Positions 1-9,035 of a stretch of DNA of 38,927 nt are shown here, piece after piece. The position numbers were made by a program, and so were the translations under genes. This stretch comes from Candidatus Giovannonibacteria bacterium RIFCSPLOWO2_01_FULL_46_13 (GTDB lineage: Bacteria > Patescibacteriota > Minisyncoccia > JACPKW01 > UBA11713): positions 27,066-65,992 of the forward strand of contig MFIE01000007.1 of NCBI GenBank assembly GCA_001778785.1, given 5' to 3'. The first letter of the stretch is position 1. Every line of letters begins with the position of its first letter. The notes beneath the pieces are model-generated. The model was not told the DNA's origin, ran no database searches, and was given only the letters and a program-made list of their open reading frames with translations.

Positions 1-324
1 CCGGACAAATTTTTCCGTGCCGAGCGCCCGGATTACCGATTCCACGCCTTTATGCCCGCCCGATCCGCGGTTGAATACTATCTTAAATCTTCCCAGGGGG
101 AGGTCTATATCGTCATGCAGTAGCATTAAGCCTTTGGCGCGTATGCCGTGGGCCTTAATAATCTTGCCGGATTGGTTCATAAAAACGTCCGGAAGGATGA
201 CTTTTGCCCTTTTTCCATCGTACTTTTTTGCGAAAAGCTCTGCTATAAACTTGCCCGCGTTATGCGGGGATCCGTCGTACTCTTGGCCCGGGTTCCCGAG
301 TCCTACTATATGGTATGCCGCCAT
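1..324 (-). CDS. pth: peptidyl-tRNA hydrolase, N-terminal 108 codons (C-terminus runs off the left edge)
   Basis: Absent from the ORF track because it is open at the window edge. My reverse-strand translation from the ATG (rc of 322-324) reads MAAYHIVGLGNPGQEYDGSPHNAGKFIAELF..VFMNQSGKII..LLHDDIDLPLGRFKIVFNRGSGGHKGVESV. It carries the Pth hallmarks GLGNPG, HNxG, MNxSG, HDDxDLPxG and GGHxG. Confidence 0.85.
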   Translation of the reverse strand, partial: MAAYHIVGLGNPGQEYDGSPHNAGKFIAELFAKKYDGKRAKVILPDVFMNQSGKIIKAHGIRAKGLMLLHDDIDLPLGRFKIVFNRGSGGHKGVESVIRALGTEKFVR

Positions 325-387
325 AATTGCGATTTTATCATAACCCTTGATTTTCCTCTAGAAATCTATTACTCTTGGTTTATTGTT

Positions 388-933
388 ATGCCTCAAAACT
401 CTTTTTGGCGAGATTTCCTACGCTTCATAATTGTGTCGGCAATAATAATAATTCCTGTAAGGACCTGGGTTGCCCAGCCTTTTTTGGTTAGGGGAGCTTC
501 GATGGAGCCAACCTTCCAGGACGGTGAATATTTGATAATTGATGAGCTTACCTTCCACTTCCGTCAGCCGGAACGCGGGGAAGTCCTTGTTTTCAGGTAC
601 CCGCAGGACCCTTCTAAGTTTTTTATAAAAAGGGTCATCGGTTTGCCTGGGGAGAAGCTTGAAATAAAAGATAATAAGATTTTTCTTGTGAACGGAACAG
701 AAAAAAAACAGCTTGAAGAGCCCTTCTTGCACGAAGCCCTAACCACTCCGGACGGAACGGTTACGCTCGAGGAAGGCGAATTTTATATGATGGGCGACAA
801 TCGCTTATTCTCTTCGGATTCGCGCAAATGGGGATCTTTGGAAGAGGGTTTGATCGTTGGACGCGCATTTGTAAGGCTTTGGCCAATAAACAGGGCGGAT
901 TTTCTCCCTGGAAACTTCAATTATGAAAATTAA
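388..933 (+). CDS. lepB: signal peptidase I
   Basis: In-frame ATG at 388 inside ORF 148..933. The product starts MPQNSFWRDFLRFIIVSAIIIIPV (TM anchor). It has the catalytic Ser box GASMEPT, the Lys box KRVIGLPGE and GDNRxxSxDSR. The upstream 80 codons overlap the pth promoter/gene region and look spurious. Confidence 0.85.
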   Translation: MPQNSFWRDFLRFIIVSAIIIIPVRTWVAQPFLVRGASMEPTFQDGEYLIIDELTFHFRQPERGEVLVFRYPQDPSKFFIKRVIGLPGEKLEIKDNKIFLVNGTEKKQLEEPFLHEALTTPDGTVTLEEGEFYMMGDNRLFSSDSRKWGSLEEGLIVGRAFVRLWPINRADFLPGNFNYEN

Positions 934-2239
934 AAAAGAATCACTACAAACGCCGCGCGGCACAAGGGACCTTATGGGCCAGGAGCTTTCAGTTTGGAGG
1001 AGAGTTTCGGATATTGCCGAAGAAGCTGCCAAATATTACGGTTTTCAGGAAATTAGGACTCCGCATTTCGAACACGCTGAACTTTTTGGCGCTTCTTTGG
1101 GGGAGACTTCGGATGTCGTAGAAAAACAGATGTATTCTTTCAAGACGCGTGGAGGGGACCACTTGGTGCTTCGCCCGGAAGCCACCGTTCCTTTGGTGCG
1201 GGCGTATTACGAACACGGCATGCAGGCCGAACCCCAGCCAATTCTTTTATATATGAACGGTTCGTTTTTTAGGCACGAAGCTCCGCAGAAAGGACGCTGG
1301 AGGCAGTTCGGGCAGTTCGATGTTGAGGTTATGGGCGAGGAGTTGGCTGTGGCCGAAGCTACGACCATACGCCTTTTCAGTTTGATATTTAAAGAACTGG
1401 GAATAGATACGACTCTTGAGATAAGTACGATGGGAGACAAGGACTGCCGTCCGCAGTGGAGGAAGGAGTTGGTTTCTTATTACAAAAAACACGTTGAGAA
1501 GCTCTGCAAGGATTGCAAGAGAAGGTTCAAGGAAAATCCTTTGCGGCTTTTAGACTGCAAAGAACCGGCATGTCAGGAATATAAAACCAAAGCTCCGCAG
1601 ATGCTGGAATATGTTTGCGACGAATGCAAGGCGCACTTCAAGGAAGTTTTAGAATTCATGGACGCGCTGGAGATCCCTTACAGGTTAAACGGGACTTTGG
1701 TCCGAGGTTTCGATTATTACACGAGGACAGTTTTCGAATTTCAGGCAAACATTGTCACTAAAAAAGAAGACGGCACGGAAGAAACCAAGACTATGACTGT
1801 TGCTGGAGGGGGAAGATACGATTACCTGGGACAGGTTTTAGCGGGTAAGGATCTGCCGGCCGCCGGAGGAGGGATCGGCATGGACAGGGTTGTATCTATC
1901 TTGATGGAACGCATGGACGAGAAAGCGCAGGAAGAATTTACCAAAATTGAGAAGCCTAAGGTGTTTTTGATCCAATTGGGCATGGCCGCCAAAAGAAAGA
2001 CCCTGGCCTTGATGGAAGAGTTCCGTAAGGCTAGAATCCCTCTAGCCCAATCGCTCTCAAAAGACTCCATACGGGGGCAGTTGCGCTTGGCTTCCAAGCT
2101 CGGCGTCCCATACAGCCTTATTATGGGACAAAAAGAGGCTTTGGAAGGCAGTATCATAATCCGCGACATGGATTCCGGAATGCAGGAGACTTTGCCGATA
2201 ACCCGGGCCATCGAGAGGCTTAAGCTCAAAATAAAGTAA
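923..2239 (+). CDS. hisS: histidine--tRNA ligase
   Basis: 438 aa with class II HisRS motifs: GTRD, LRPEATVPLVR, FRHEAPQKGRWRQFGQFDVE, the Cys-rich NPLRLLDCK insertion, and GGGRYD. Confidence 0.95.
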   Translation: MKIKKESLQTPRGTRDLMGQELSVWRRVSDIAEEAAKYYGFQEIRTPHFEHAELFGASLGETSDVVEKQMYSFKTRGGDHLVLRPEATVPLVRAYYEHGMQAEPQPILLYMNGSFFRHEAPQKGRWRQFGQFDVEVMGEELAVAEATTIRLFSLIFKELGIDTTLEISTMGDKDCRPQWRKELVSYYKKHVEKLCKDCKRRFKENPLRLLDCKEPACQEYKTKAPQMLEYVCDECKAHFKEVLEFMDALEIPYRLNGTLVRGFDYYTRTVFEFQANIVTKKEDGTEETKTMTVAGGGRYDYLGQVLAGKDLPAAGGGIGMDRVVSILMERMDEKAQEEFTKIEKPKVFLIQLGMAAKRKTLALMEEFRKARIPLAQSLSKDSIRGQLRLASKLGVPYSLIMGQKEALEGSIIIRDMDSGMQETLPITRAIERLKLKIK

Positions 2240-2241
2240 TT

Positions 2242-2553
2242 ATGGACTGCATCTTCTGCAAAATTGTAAATAAAGAAATTCCAGCAGATTTTTTGTTTGA
2301 ATCGGACAAGCTTGTCGCGTTCGCGGACATAAAACCGAAAGCGCCCATACATATCTTGATTGTCACGAAAGAACATATTGTATCGATCAAGGAATTACAG
2401 GACGCAAGCTTGACGGCAGAGATGGTTATGGCTGCGAAAAAATTAGCGGAGGAGAAAAAAATGGAAGGTTATAAATTAGCGTTTAACGTCGGTCGAGCCG
2501 GAGGGCAGGAGGTGGATCATCTGCACCTGCATCTTATGGGAGGTTTTAATTAA
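2242..2553 (+). CDS. HIT-family (HinT-like) nucleotide hydrolase
   Basis: 103 aa. N-terminal CIFCKI and a C-terminal histidine triad HLHLHLMGG. Confidence 0.85.
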   Translation: MDCIFCKIVNKEIPADFLFESDKLVAFADIKPKAPIHILIVTKEHIVSIKELQDASLTAEMVMAAKKLAEEKKMEGYKLAFNVGRAGGQEVDHLHLHLMGGFN

Positions 2554-2561
2554 ATTATTTT

Positions 2562-2780
2562 ATGGCAGTAGAAGTAAAAAGAAGGGAAAATGAATCCATC
2601 GGGGGACTTTTGAGGAGGTTCACCAGAAAAATCCAGCGATCAAAAATCATGATCGAGGCCAGGGGGCGGCAATACCGCGAGAGGTCCAAATCCGAATTCA
2701 AAAAGCGGAAGGAAGCCTTGAAGCGAATCGCCTGGCAGAAGGATATGGATAAACTTCGAAAATTAGGAAAAATAGAATAA
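2562..2780 (+). CDS. rpsU: 30S ribosomal protein S21
   Basis: 72 aa, highly basic. MAVEVKRRENESIGGLLRRFTRKIQRS... is typical of bS21. Confidence 0.9.
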   Translation: MAVEVKRRENESIGGLLRRFTRKIQRSKIMIEARGRQYRERSKSEFKKRKEALKRIAWQKDMDKLRKLGKIE

Positions 2781-2793
2781 CAATCCAAAGCAA

Positions 2794-3246
2794 ATGACTT
2801 TGCGCGAAAAATTGGACCAAGATTTAAAATCGGCCATGAAGGCGGGCGAGGCTCTTAAGGTTTCGACCTTGCGTATGGCCCAGAGCGCCGTAAAAAATAA
2901 AGAAATCCAATTCCTGAAAAAAGAAACCGGCCTTTCGGACGGGGAAATTATTGATGTGCTGAAAAGCGAAGTCAAAAAAAGAAGGGACGCGGTTGAAGAA
3001 TACGGAAAGGCGGCACGGACGGATCTGGCCAAAAAAGAACAAGAAGAGCTCGAAATATTAGCGGAATATCTTCCGGCGGAAATTTCGGACGAGGATTTGG
3101 AAAGGATTTTGAAGGACGGCATCCGGGTAGCGGCCGCCCAAGATGAAAAAGATTTTGGCAAAGTAATGAAAGTGGCCATGCCGATACTGAAAGGAAAAGC
3201 TTCGGGCGACAGGATTTCAAACATGCTCAAAAAACTTTTGGGTTGA
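2794..3246 (+). CDS. GatB/YqeY domain protein
   Basis: 150 aa. LREKLDQDLKSAMKAGEALKVSTLRM...EYLPAEISDEDLERI matches the YqeY-like pattern. It sits in the common rpsU-yqeY-ybeY arrangement. Confidence 0.8.
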   Translation: MTLREKLDQDLKSAMKAGEALKVSTLRMAQSAVKNKEIQFLKKETGLSDGEIIDVLKSEVKKRRDAVEEYGKAARTDLAKKEQEELEILAEYLPAEISDEDLERILKDGIRVAAAQDEKDFGKVMKVAMPILKGKASGDRISNMLKKLLG

Positions 3247-3584
3247 TGCACTTTAACCCAAAATTTAAGAAAATTAAGAATAAAGTACTCGGAAAAAAAT
3301 ACGAACTCGATTTAATTCTTGCCGATTCGAAATTGATGCGGAAGCTCAATAAGGAATATCGAGGCAAGAATAAAGACTCGAACGTCCTCTCTTTTTCACT
3401 CTCGCCTTCGGTCGGCCAGATCTTTTTAAACCCTAATTTTATAAAAAAAGAGGCGCCAAAATACGGAAGGGACTACAAAACCCACTTTTCCGCACTTTAT
3501 ATCCACGCAATTTTGCACCTAAAGGGTTATAATCACGGGAGGGAGATGGAAAAAAGGGAAAAAATTTTATGGCGAGGAATATAG
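3246..3584 (+). CDS. ybeY: rRNA maturation endoribonuclease YbeY (short form)
   Basis: Metal-binding motif HAILHLKGYNHG (HxxxHxxGxxH). The ATG at 3246 overlaps the upstream TGA (TGATG). The track's 3243 start is a TTG one codon earlier. Confidence 0.8.
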   Translation: MHFNPKFKKIKNKVLGKKYELDLILADSKLMRKLNKEYRGKNKDSNVLSFSLSPSVGQIFLNPNFIKKEAPKYGRDYKTHFSALYIHAILHLKGYNHGREMEKREKILWRGI

Positions 3585-4735
3585 TTCAAGTTATCGATAT
3601 TGGGTCGCATAGCATCAAGGCGCTTGCGGCAGAAAGAAAGGATTCTGATACGGGAATCCATATTTTGGGAGCTTCGATAGTGCCGACGCAGGGGGTGCGC
3701 CGAGGGATGGTAAATTCCAAGGAACTTTTGGCAAAAAGGGTGCGCGCGGCGGTGGAAGAAGTCGAAAGATTTTCCGGGATTCCTTTTAAGCACGCATTTT
3801 TAACTTTCGGCACGCCGGCTTTGGGTTTTTCAAAAGTCCGGGCGCGCGTTGCGATCGCGCAGGCTTCCGGAGAAGTAGGGCCGTATGATATCGAACGCGT
3901 CATCGCCCAAGCCAGGCCGTCCTCGCGAGACCTCCAAAATAAAGAAATTTTAAATACTTTCGGGATAAATTACAGCATCGACTCGGAAATATCCATGCGC
4001 GACCCAATCGGGGTAAGGGGAGAAAATTTGGAGGCCGAAGTCATGTTTATAACCTCGCTTTTAAAACCTCTTCGCGAAATAATTTCCGCGGTGGAGGAAG
4101 CCGGGGTCGCGATAGATGACGTGATCCCTGCCCCGCTTGCCTCGGCCCGGGCCCTTTTAACTTCGCGCCAGCGCGAAGCAGGCGCGGCTGTTCTCGATAT
4201 CGGGGCGGAGACCGTGGATTTGGCGGTCATCGAAGAAAACCTTCCGTATTCGGTTGCGATTTTTCCTTTGGGAGGAGCGCACATCACGAACGACATCGCG
4301 CTCGGCTTCCAAGTTTCGCTCGATAAAGCCGAAGAAATAAAGACAACATTGAAACTTCCGGAAGATACGGCGCAGGCCAAGAAAAAATTACAGAATATAA
4401 TGGAGGCGCGCCTCGAAGATATGCTTGAGCTAGTTGAGAACCATTTGAAAAAAATCGGGCGGCAAGGTTTGCTTCCGGGGGGAGTGGTCCTTTCCGGCGG
4501 CTCTTCCAAGATAGAAGGCATAGATGAGTTTTCTAAAGTAACGCTTCATCTTCCCGCGGACTTGGGCAGGTGCGATGAATTGGACACCGGGCACAAATTG
4601 CAGGACCCGATTTGGGCGACGGCGGTTGGCGCGGCTTTGATCGGCTTAGACCAGGAAAATGCGCCCCAACAAAAGCGCTCTACTTCGATGTGGCGCCAGA
4701 AAATCTCAACCTGGCTCCGCTCGCTAATTCCATAG
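3569..4735 (+). CDS. ftsA: cell division protein FtsA
   Basis: 388 aa actin-like ATPase: VIDIGSHSIKALAAE, LDIGAETVDLAV, VLSGGSSKIEGI. It lies immediately upstream of ftsZ. Confidence 0.85.
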   Translation: MARNIVQVIDIGSHSIKALAAERKDSDTGIHILGASIVPTQGVRRGMVNSKELLAKRVRAAVEEVERFSGIPFKHAFLTFGTPALGFSKVRARVAIAQASGEVGPYDIERVIAQARPSSRDLQNKEILNTFGINYSIDSEISMRDPIGVRGENLEAEVMFITSLLKPLREIISAVEEAGVAIDDVIPAPLASARALLTSRQREAGAAVLDIGAETVDLAVIEENLPYSVAIFPLGGAHITNDIALGFQVSLDKAEEIKTTLKLPEDTAQAKKKLQNIMEARLEDMLELVENHLKKIGRQGLLPGGVVLSGGSSKIEGIDEFSKVTLHLPADLGRCDELDTGHKLQDPIWATAVGAALIGLDQENAPQQKRSTSMWRQKISTWLRSLIP

Positions 4736-4829
4736 AATTTCCAATATTTTCTAACATATAAATCTTTTTTATCTAGCCTTGACCGGCCATCGCTTCAGGG
4801 ATAGGCTTAGTTATTAACTAATCTTATTT

Positions 4830-5942
4830 ATGCCCCAAATCAAGCCAGAATTTGAGACAGCCGCGAGGCTAAAAGTGATAGGGGTTGGCGGTTCCGGACA
4901 GAATGCCGTTGACCACATGATTCGCTCCAGGGTGAAGGGGGTTGATTTTATTTCTATAAATACCGATGCGCAGGATTTGCATAATTCTTTAGCCGCGAAA
5001 AAATTTCATATCGGAAGAGAGGTGACGCGCGGACTTGGGGCGGGAATGAATCCGGAATTGGGACGGATGGCCGCGGAAGAATCCCGAAAGGAAATAGAAG
5101 ATATGGTTCGCGGAGCGGACCTGGTTTTCGTTACCTGCGGTTTTGGCGGAGGAACGGGAACGGGTGGCGCGCCGATTGTTGCGGAGATTGCGAAGAACCT
5201 TGGAGTTTTAACGATAGCGATCGTAACGAAACCTTTTGCTTTCGAGGGTGAAGTTAGAAAAAGTATCGCCGAAGAAGGGTTGGTCCGGTTACGAAAAGCT
5301 GTTGATGCTATGATCGTGATCCCGAACGACCGCTTGATGAATATAGTAGAACGCGATACCCCCTTTTTGGCGGCTTTCGCGATGTGCGATGAAGTCTTAA
5401 GGCAGGCCGTTGAGGGAATCGCGGACTTGATCATAACCCCGGGTATCATAAACGTGGACTTTGCTGATGTACGGACGGTCTTGATGAATTCAGGCTCAGC
5501 CATAATCGGTATTGGAGTCTCGCAAGGAAAAAACAGGGCGCAGGAAGCAGCACGCCTCGCCATACATTCTCCGCTTTTGGAGGTATCGGCCGAAGGGGCC
5601 AAGGGAGTTTTGTTCACGATCTCTGGAAGGGACGACCTTTCTATGTGGGAGGTGCAGGAAGCGGCCAAGATCGTCACGGAAAATGTGGACCGCGAGGCAA
5701 AAATTATATTTGGCGCGGTTAAGGATGAACGCTTGAAGTCTGGGCAGGTAAAAGTTACGGTTATTGCTTCCGGTTTTCCGGGAGGGTATGCCAGGAACGT
5801 CTCGCTTTTCTCGCAGGACACCCCAATTCCGCACACCGAAAACGTCCAGACCAAACCGATAGAAGAAGTCTCCCAGAGTGAGCCAGAAAATTCGGAATGG
5901 GACTCGATCCCGGCATTTTTGAGGCGTTCAAAAAAACTATAA
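4830..5942 (+). CDS. ftsZ: cell division GTPase FtsZ
   Basis: GVGGSGQNAV, the tubulin signature GGGTGTGGAP, NTDAQDL, and a C-terminal IPAFLRR peptide. Confidence 0.97.
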   Translation: MPQIKPEFETAARLKVIGVGGSGQNAVDHMIRSRVKGVDFISINTDAQDLHNSLAAKKFHIGREVTRGLGAGMNPELGRMAAEESRKEIEDMVRGADLVFVTCGFGGGTGTGGAPIVAEIAKNLGVLTIAIVTKPFAFEGEVRKSIAEEGLVRLRKAVDAMIVIPNDRLMNIVERDTPFLAAFAMCDEVLRQAVEGIADLIITPGIINVDFADVRTVLMNSGSAIIGIGVSQGKNRAQEAARLAIHSPLLEVSAEGAKGVLFTISGRDDLSMWEVQEAAKIVTENVDREAKIIFGAVKDERLKSGQVKVTVIASGFPGGYARNVSLFSQDTPIPHTENVQTKPIEEVSQSEPENSEWDSIPAFLRRSKKL

Positions 5943-5982
5943 AAAGACTTTCTCCGTTTGGAGTCTGTTGACTAAAAGCCGG

Positions 5983-6008
5983 TCCCGATGCAACGTCGGG
6001 ATTTTTTA
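5983..6008 (+). terminator. candidate intrinsic terminator after ftsZ
   Basis: Stem tcccga (5983-5988) pairs with tcggga (5996-6001), followed by a T-run at 6002-6007 and more T's. Confidence 0.5.
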
Positions 6009-6088
6009 GTTTTTTTGGTTTATACACATGGCATGTAGTTATCCGCGGGGGTAAAATAAGTTTACTAAAGTTGTATTTGCCCAAGCCC

Positions 6089-9004
6089 ATGCCGTTAACT
6101 CAAATCAAAAAAAGAGACGGACGCATCGTTGAGTTCGACTCGGAAAAAATATCAAAAGTTATACAAAAAGCGTTCATTGCCGTACGCGGTGGGATTGAAG
6201 AAGAAAAACTCTACGGACTGACTAAGAAAATTGTAGGCGACATAGAGAAATTTTTCCCAGAGAGGATACCTTCAGTGGAAAATGCGCAGGATTTAGTCGA
6301 AAAAACCCTCATGGAGGAGGGTTTTTATGATGTTGTTAAGTCTTACATCTTATATAGGTACGAGCACGCCAAGATAAGGGAGGAGGAGAAAAGGGACATT
6401 TTGGAAAAAATTGAGTCTTCTGACCTTATAGTCATAAAAGGCGACGGGACAAAGGAAAACTTTGCCCCGGACAAGCTCAAGAATTCGGTTTTTAAGGCTT
6501 TGGCCGAATATGAAAAGAAGATAGACTTGGAAGCTTTACTTTTGGCGACGAGGGAGTCTATGCACGACCAGATTTCGACCAAAGATATTGCGCGTTCCGT
6601 GGTATTTACGGCGCGCTCCTTCATTGAGCAGGACCCAATATGGTCCCGCGCGGCTGCCAAGCTTTTACTGCACGTTATATATAAGGAAGTTATCGATGCC
6701 CGCCCGCTAGATTTTTCTGACCTTTCTCGGTACTACCGCGAAGCCTTCGTAAAAAACATAAAGAAGGGAGTCGAGCAGGGAAGGTTTGACCGCCGCCTCT
6801 TGGGTCTTGATTTGGAGAGGCTTTCGTTTGCGCTAAAACCGGAAAGGGATTCGATGTTCCAGTATTTGGGCCTGCAAACCCTTTACGACAGGTATTTCAC
6901 TTCCGACCTGGAAGCTAAAAAAGTTTTGGAGACGCCGCAGGCTTTCTGGATGCGTGTTGCTATGGGTTTGGCTCTTGGGGAAAAGGAAGCGCCTGAAGAA
7001 TGGGCGGAACGATTTTACGAGGTTACTTCAACTTTGCGCTTCGTGCCTTCGACCCCGACGCTTTTCCATTCGGGAACTGTTAAGCCCCAACTTTCTTCCT
7101 GCTATTTAAATACCGTACAAGATTCGCTAGAGGATATTTTCAAGACATTTGGCGATAACGCCCAGCTTTCCAAGTGGTCAGGAGGAATCGGGACAGACTG
7201 GACCAATATCCGTGGAACGGGCGCTTTGATCAAGGGCACGGGGGTGGAATCCCAGGGGGTCATCCCGTTTTTGAAAATTGCTAACGATACAACGGCCGCC
7301 ATCAACCGGTCCGGAAGAAGGAGGGGGGCGACATGCGTTTACCTAGAGACTTGGCACATAGATATAGAAGACTTCTTGGAGCTCCGCAAAAATACTGGGG
7401 ATGACCACAGGAGGACGCATGACATGGATACGGCCAACTGGATCCCGGACATTTTTATGCGAAGAGTTTTGGAAGACGGCGACTGGACCCTTCTTTCTCC
7501 GGACGAAGCCCCAGATTTGCACCATATTTTCGGAAAGAAATTCGACGAGGCATACGAAAAATATGAAAAAATGGCTCGGGAGGGAAAGATTAACCTGTAC
7601 AAAAATATAAAAGCCCGAGACCTTTGGAGGAAAATGCTTACAATGCTTTTTGAGACGGGACACCCCTGGGTTACTTGGAAAGACCCGTCCAACATCCGTT
7701 CTCCGCAAGATCACGCCGGCGTTATTCATAACTCCAACCTTTGCACAGAAATTACACTAAACACTTCCAAAGAAGAGACAGCGGTTTGCAATTTGGGATC
7801 AGTAAACCTTTCTTGGCACGTTATCGAAAAGCGGCTCGACCAGGAATTAATCCGTGACACGGTTTCAACGGCCATGCGTATGCTCGATAACGTAGTCGAC
7901 ATCTGCTACTACCCGACGGGCGAGGCTAAAAATTCTAACATGAAGCACAGGCCGGTTGGGCTTGGAATAATGGGCTTTCAGGACGCCCTGTACATGCTCG
8001 ACATAAATTTTGATTCGGAGGCGGCTTGCGATTTTGCCGACCGGTCCATGGAGATGGTTTCTTACTACGCGATTTTGACTTCGGCGGAGTTGGCCCGGGA
8101 GCGCGGACCGTATTTAACTTACAAAGGATCGAAGTGGGACCGCGGAATTCTGCCGCAGGATACAATAGAACTTTTAGAGAATGAGCGCGGGCTTAAAATT
8201 GACGTGCCGAGGACCGAACGCCTCGACTGGTCCATAGTGCGCGAAGCTATCCGAAGGAATGGCATGAGAAATTCCAACTGCTTGGCTATCGCCCCGACCG
8301 CGACTATATCAAACATTTCCGGAACTTCTTCATGCATCGAACCAATTTACAAAAACTTATACGTAAAAGCGAACCAATCTGGGGACTTCACGATAATAAA
8401 CCCGTACTTGGTGGAGGACTTGAAGAAATTGAACCTCTGGGATTATGAAATGTTAGGAAAGATAAAATATTATGACGGTTCTATCGCGGAGATAAACGAA
8501 ATCCCAAGATGGCTTAAGGAAAAATACAAAGAAGCTTTTGAAATTAACCCTAGATGGCTCATTAAGGCTGCCGCTTACCGCGGACGCTGGATAGACCAAT
8601 CTCAATCGTTAAATATTTTCTACAGGGGATCATCCGGGAAAGAAATTGCAGATATATACGTATACGCTTGGGAAATGGGATTGAAGACTACGTATTACTT
8701 GCGCACGCTTGGAGCTTCGCAGGTTGAGAAATCAACTTTGGACGCTGGTAAATTCGGGGCAACTCATAGGAGGGAAGAGAATTTTTCCGAAGCTATGGGT
8801 CCGGTAATGCAGCTTAAGCACGCGCTCGGAGTTGCGGAGGAAGTTCCGACCGAAGCTCCGACCCAATCTCCGGTTATGGTACAAATAGAAGAGACCCAGC
8901 AGAAAGTTCAGGTTGTCCTCGCCAAATCGCAGGACGGCCTGTCTGCGCAGGCAGGTCCAAAACTCTGCCGCATAGACGACCCTAACTGCGAAGCATGTCA
9001 GTGA
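6089..9004 (+). CDS. nrdA: class Ia ribonucleotide reductase alpha subunit with tandem N-terminal ATP-cones
   Basis: ATG at 6089 (the track starts at an upstream TTG, 6071). First ATP-cone: IKKRDGRIVEFDSEKISKVI. Second cone-like segment: LIVIKGDGTKENFAPDKLKNSV. Active-site NLCTEI, radical-transfer TTYYLRT, and a C-terminal Cys cluster CRIDDPNCEACQ. Confidence 0.95.
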   Translation: MPLTQIKKRDGRIVEFDSEKISKVIQKAFIAVRGGIEEEKLYGLTKKIVGDIEKFFPERIPSVENAQDLVEKTLMEEGFYDVVKSYILYRYEHAKIREEEKRDILEKIESSDLIVIKGDGTKENFAPDKLKNSVFKALAEYEKKIDLEALLLATRESMHDQISTKDIARSVVFTARSFIEQDPIWSRAAAKLLLHVIYKEVIDARPLDFSDLSRYYREAFVKNIKKGVEQGRFDRRLLGLDLERLSFALKPERDSMFQYLGLQTLYDRYFTSDLEAKKVLETPQAFWMRVAMGLALGEKEAPEEWAERFYEVTSTLRFVPSTPTLFHSGTVKPQLSSCYLNTVQDSLEDIFKTFGDNAQLSKWSGGIGTDWTNIRGTGALIKGTGVESQGVIPFLKIANDTTAAINRSGRRRGATCVYLETWHIDIEDFLELRKNTGDDHRRTHDMDTANWIPDIFMRRVLEDGDWTLLSPDEAPDLHHIFGKKFDEAYEKYEKMAREGKINLYKNIKARDLWRKMLTMLFETGHPWVTWKDPSNIRSPQDHAGVIHNSNLCTEITLNTSKEETAVCNLGSVNLSWHVIEKRLDQELIRDTVSTAMRMLDNVVDICYYPTGEAKNSNMKHRPVGLGIMGFQDALYMLDINFDSEAACDFADRSMEMVSYYAILTSAELARERGPYLTYKGSKWDRGILPQDTIELLENERGLKIDVPRTERLDWSIVREAIRRNGMRNSNCLAIAPTATISNISGTSSCIEPIYKNLYVKANQSGDFTIINPYLVEDLKKLNLWDYEMLGKIKYYDGSIAEINEIPRWLKEKYKEAFEINPRWLIKAAAYRGRWIDQSQSLNIFYRGSSGKEIADIYVYAWEMGLKTTYYLRTLGASQVEKSTLDAGKFGATHRREENFSEAMGPVMQLKHALGVAEEVPTEAPTQSPVMVQIEETQQKVQVVLAKSQDGLSAQAGPKLCRIDDPNCEACQ

Positions 9005-9035
9005 AACAATACTTATCAAAAGAATAAATAAAGAA

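Noticed and set aside
17-343. Plus-strand ORF of 108 aa at the left edge, and the 80-codon N-terminal extension of ORF 148..933
   Set aside because: The opposite strand encodes a clear peptidyl-tRNA hydrolase (GLGNPG, HDDxDLP, GGHxG). The plus-strand translation has no recognisable features, and signal peptidase begins convincingly at 388.
5006-5854. Long antisense ORFs inside conserved genes, for example 282 aa antisense to ftsZ. Others: 1822..2376, 3970..4521, 10881..11444, 13579..14157, 20284..20739, 29269..29874.
   Set aside because: Each is fully embedded opposite a gene with strong family motifs. Their translations are low-complexity (Ser/Pro/Arg/Ala-rich), as expected for mirror frames.
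6023-6039. Palindrome acatg-g-catgt upstream of nrdA, considered as an NrdR box
   Set aside because: Only 11 bp are symmetric and the match to the 16-bp NrdR consensus (acaCwAtATaTwGtgt) is poor. There is no properly spaced second box, and nrdR is not visible in the window.
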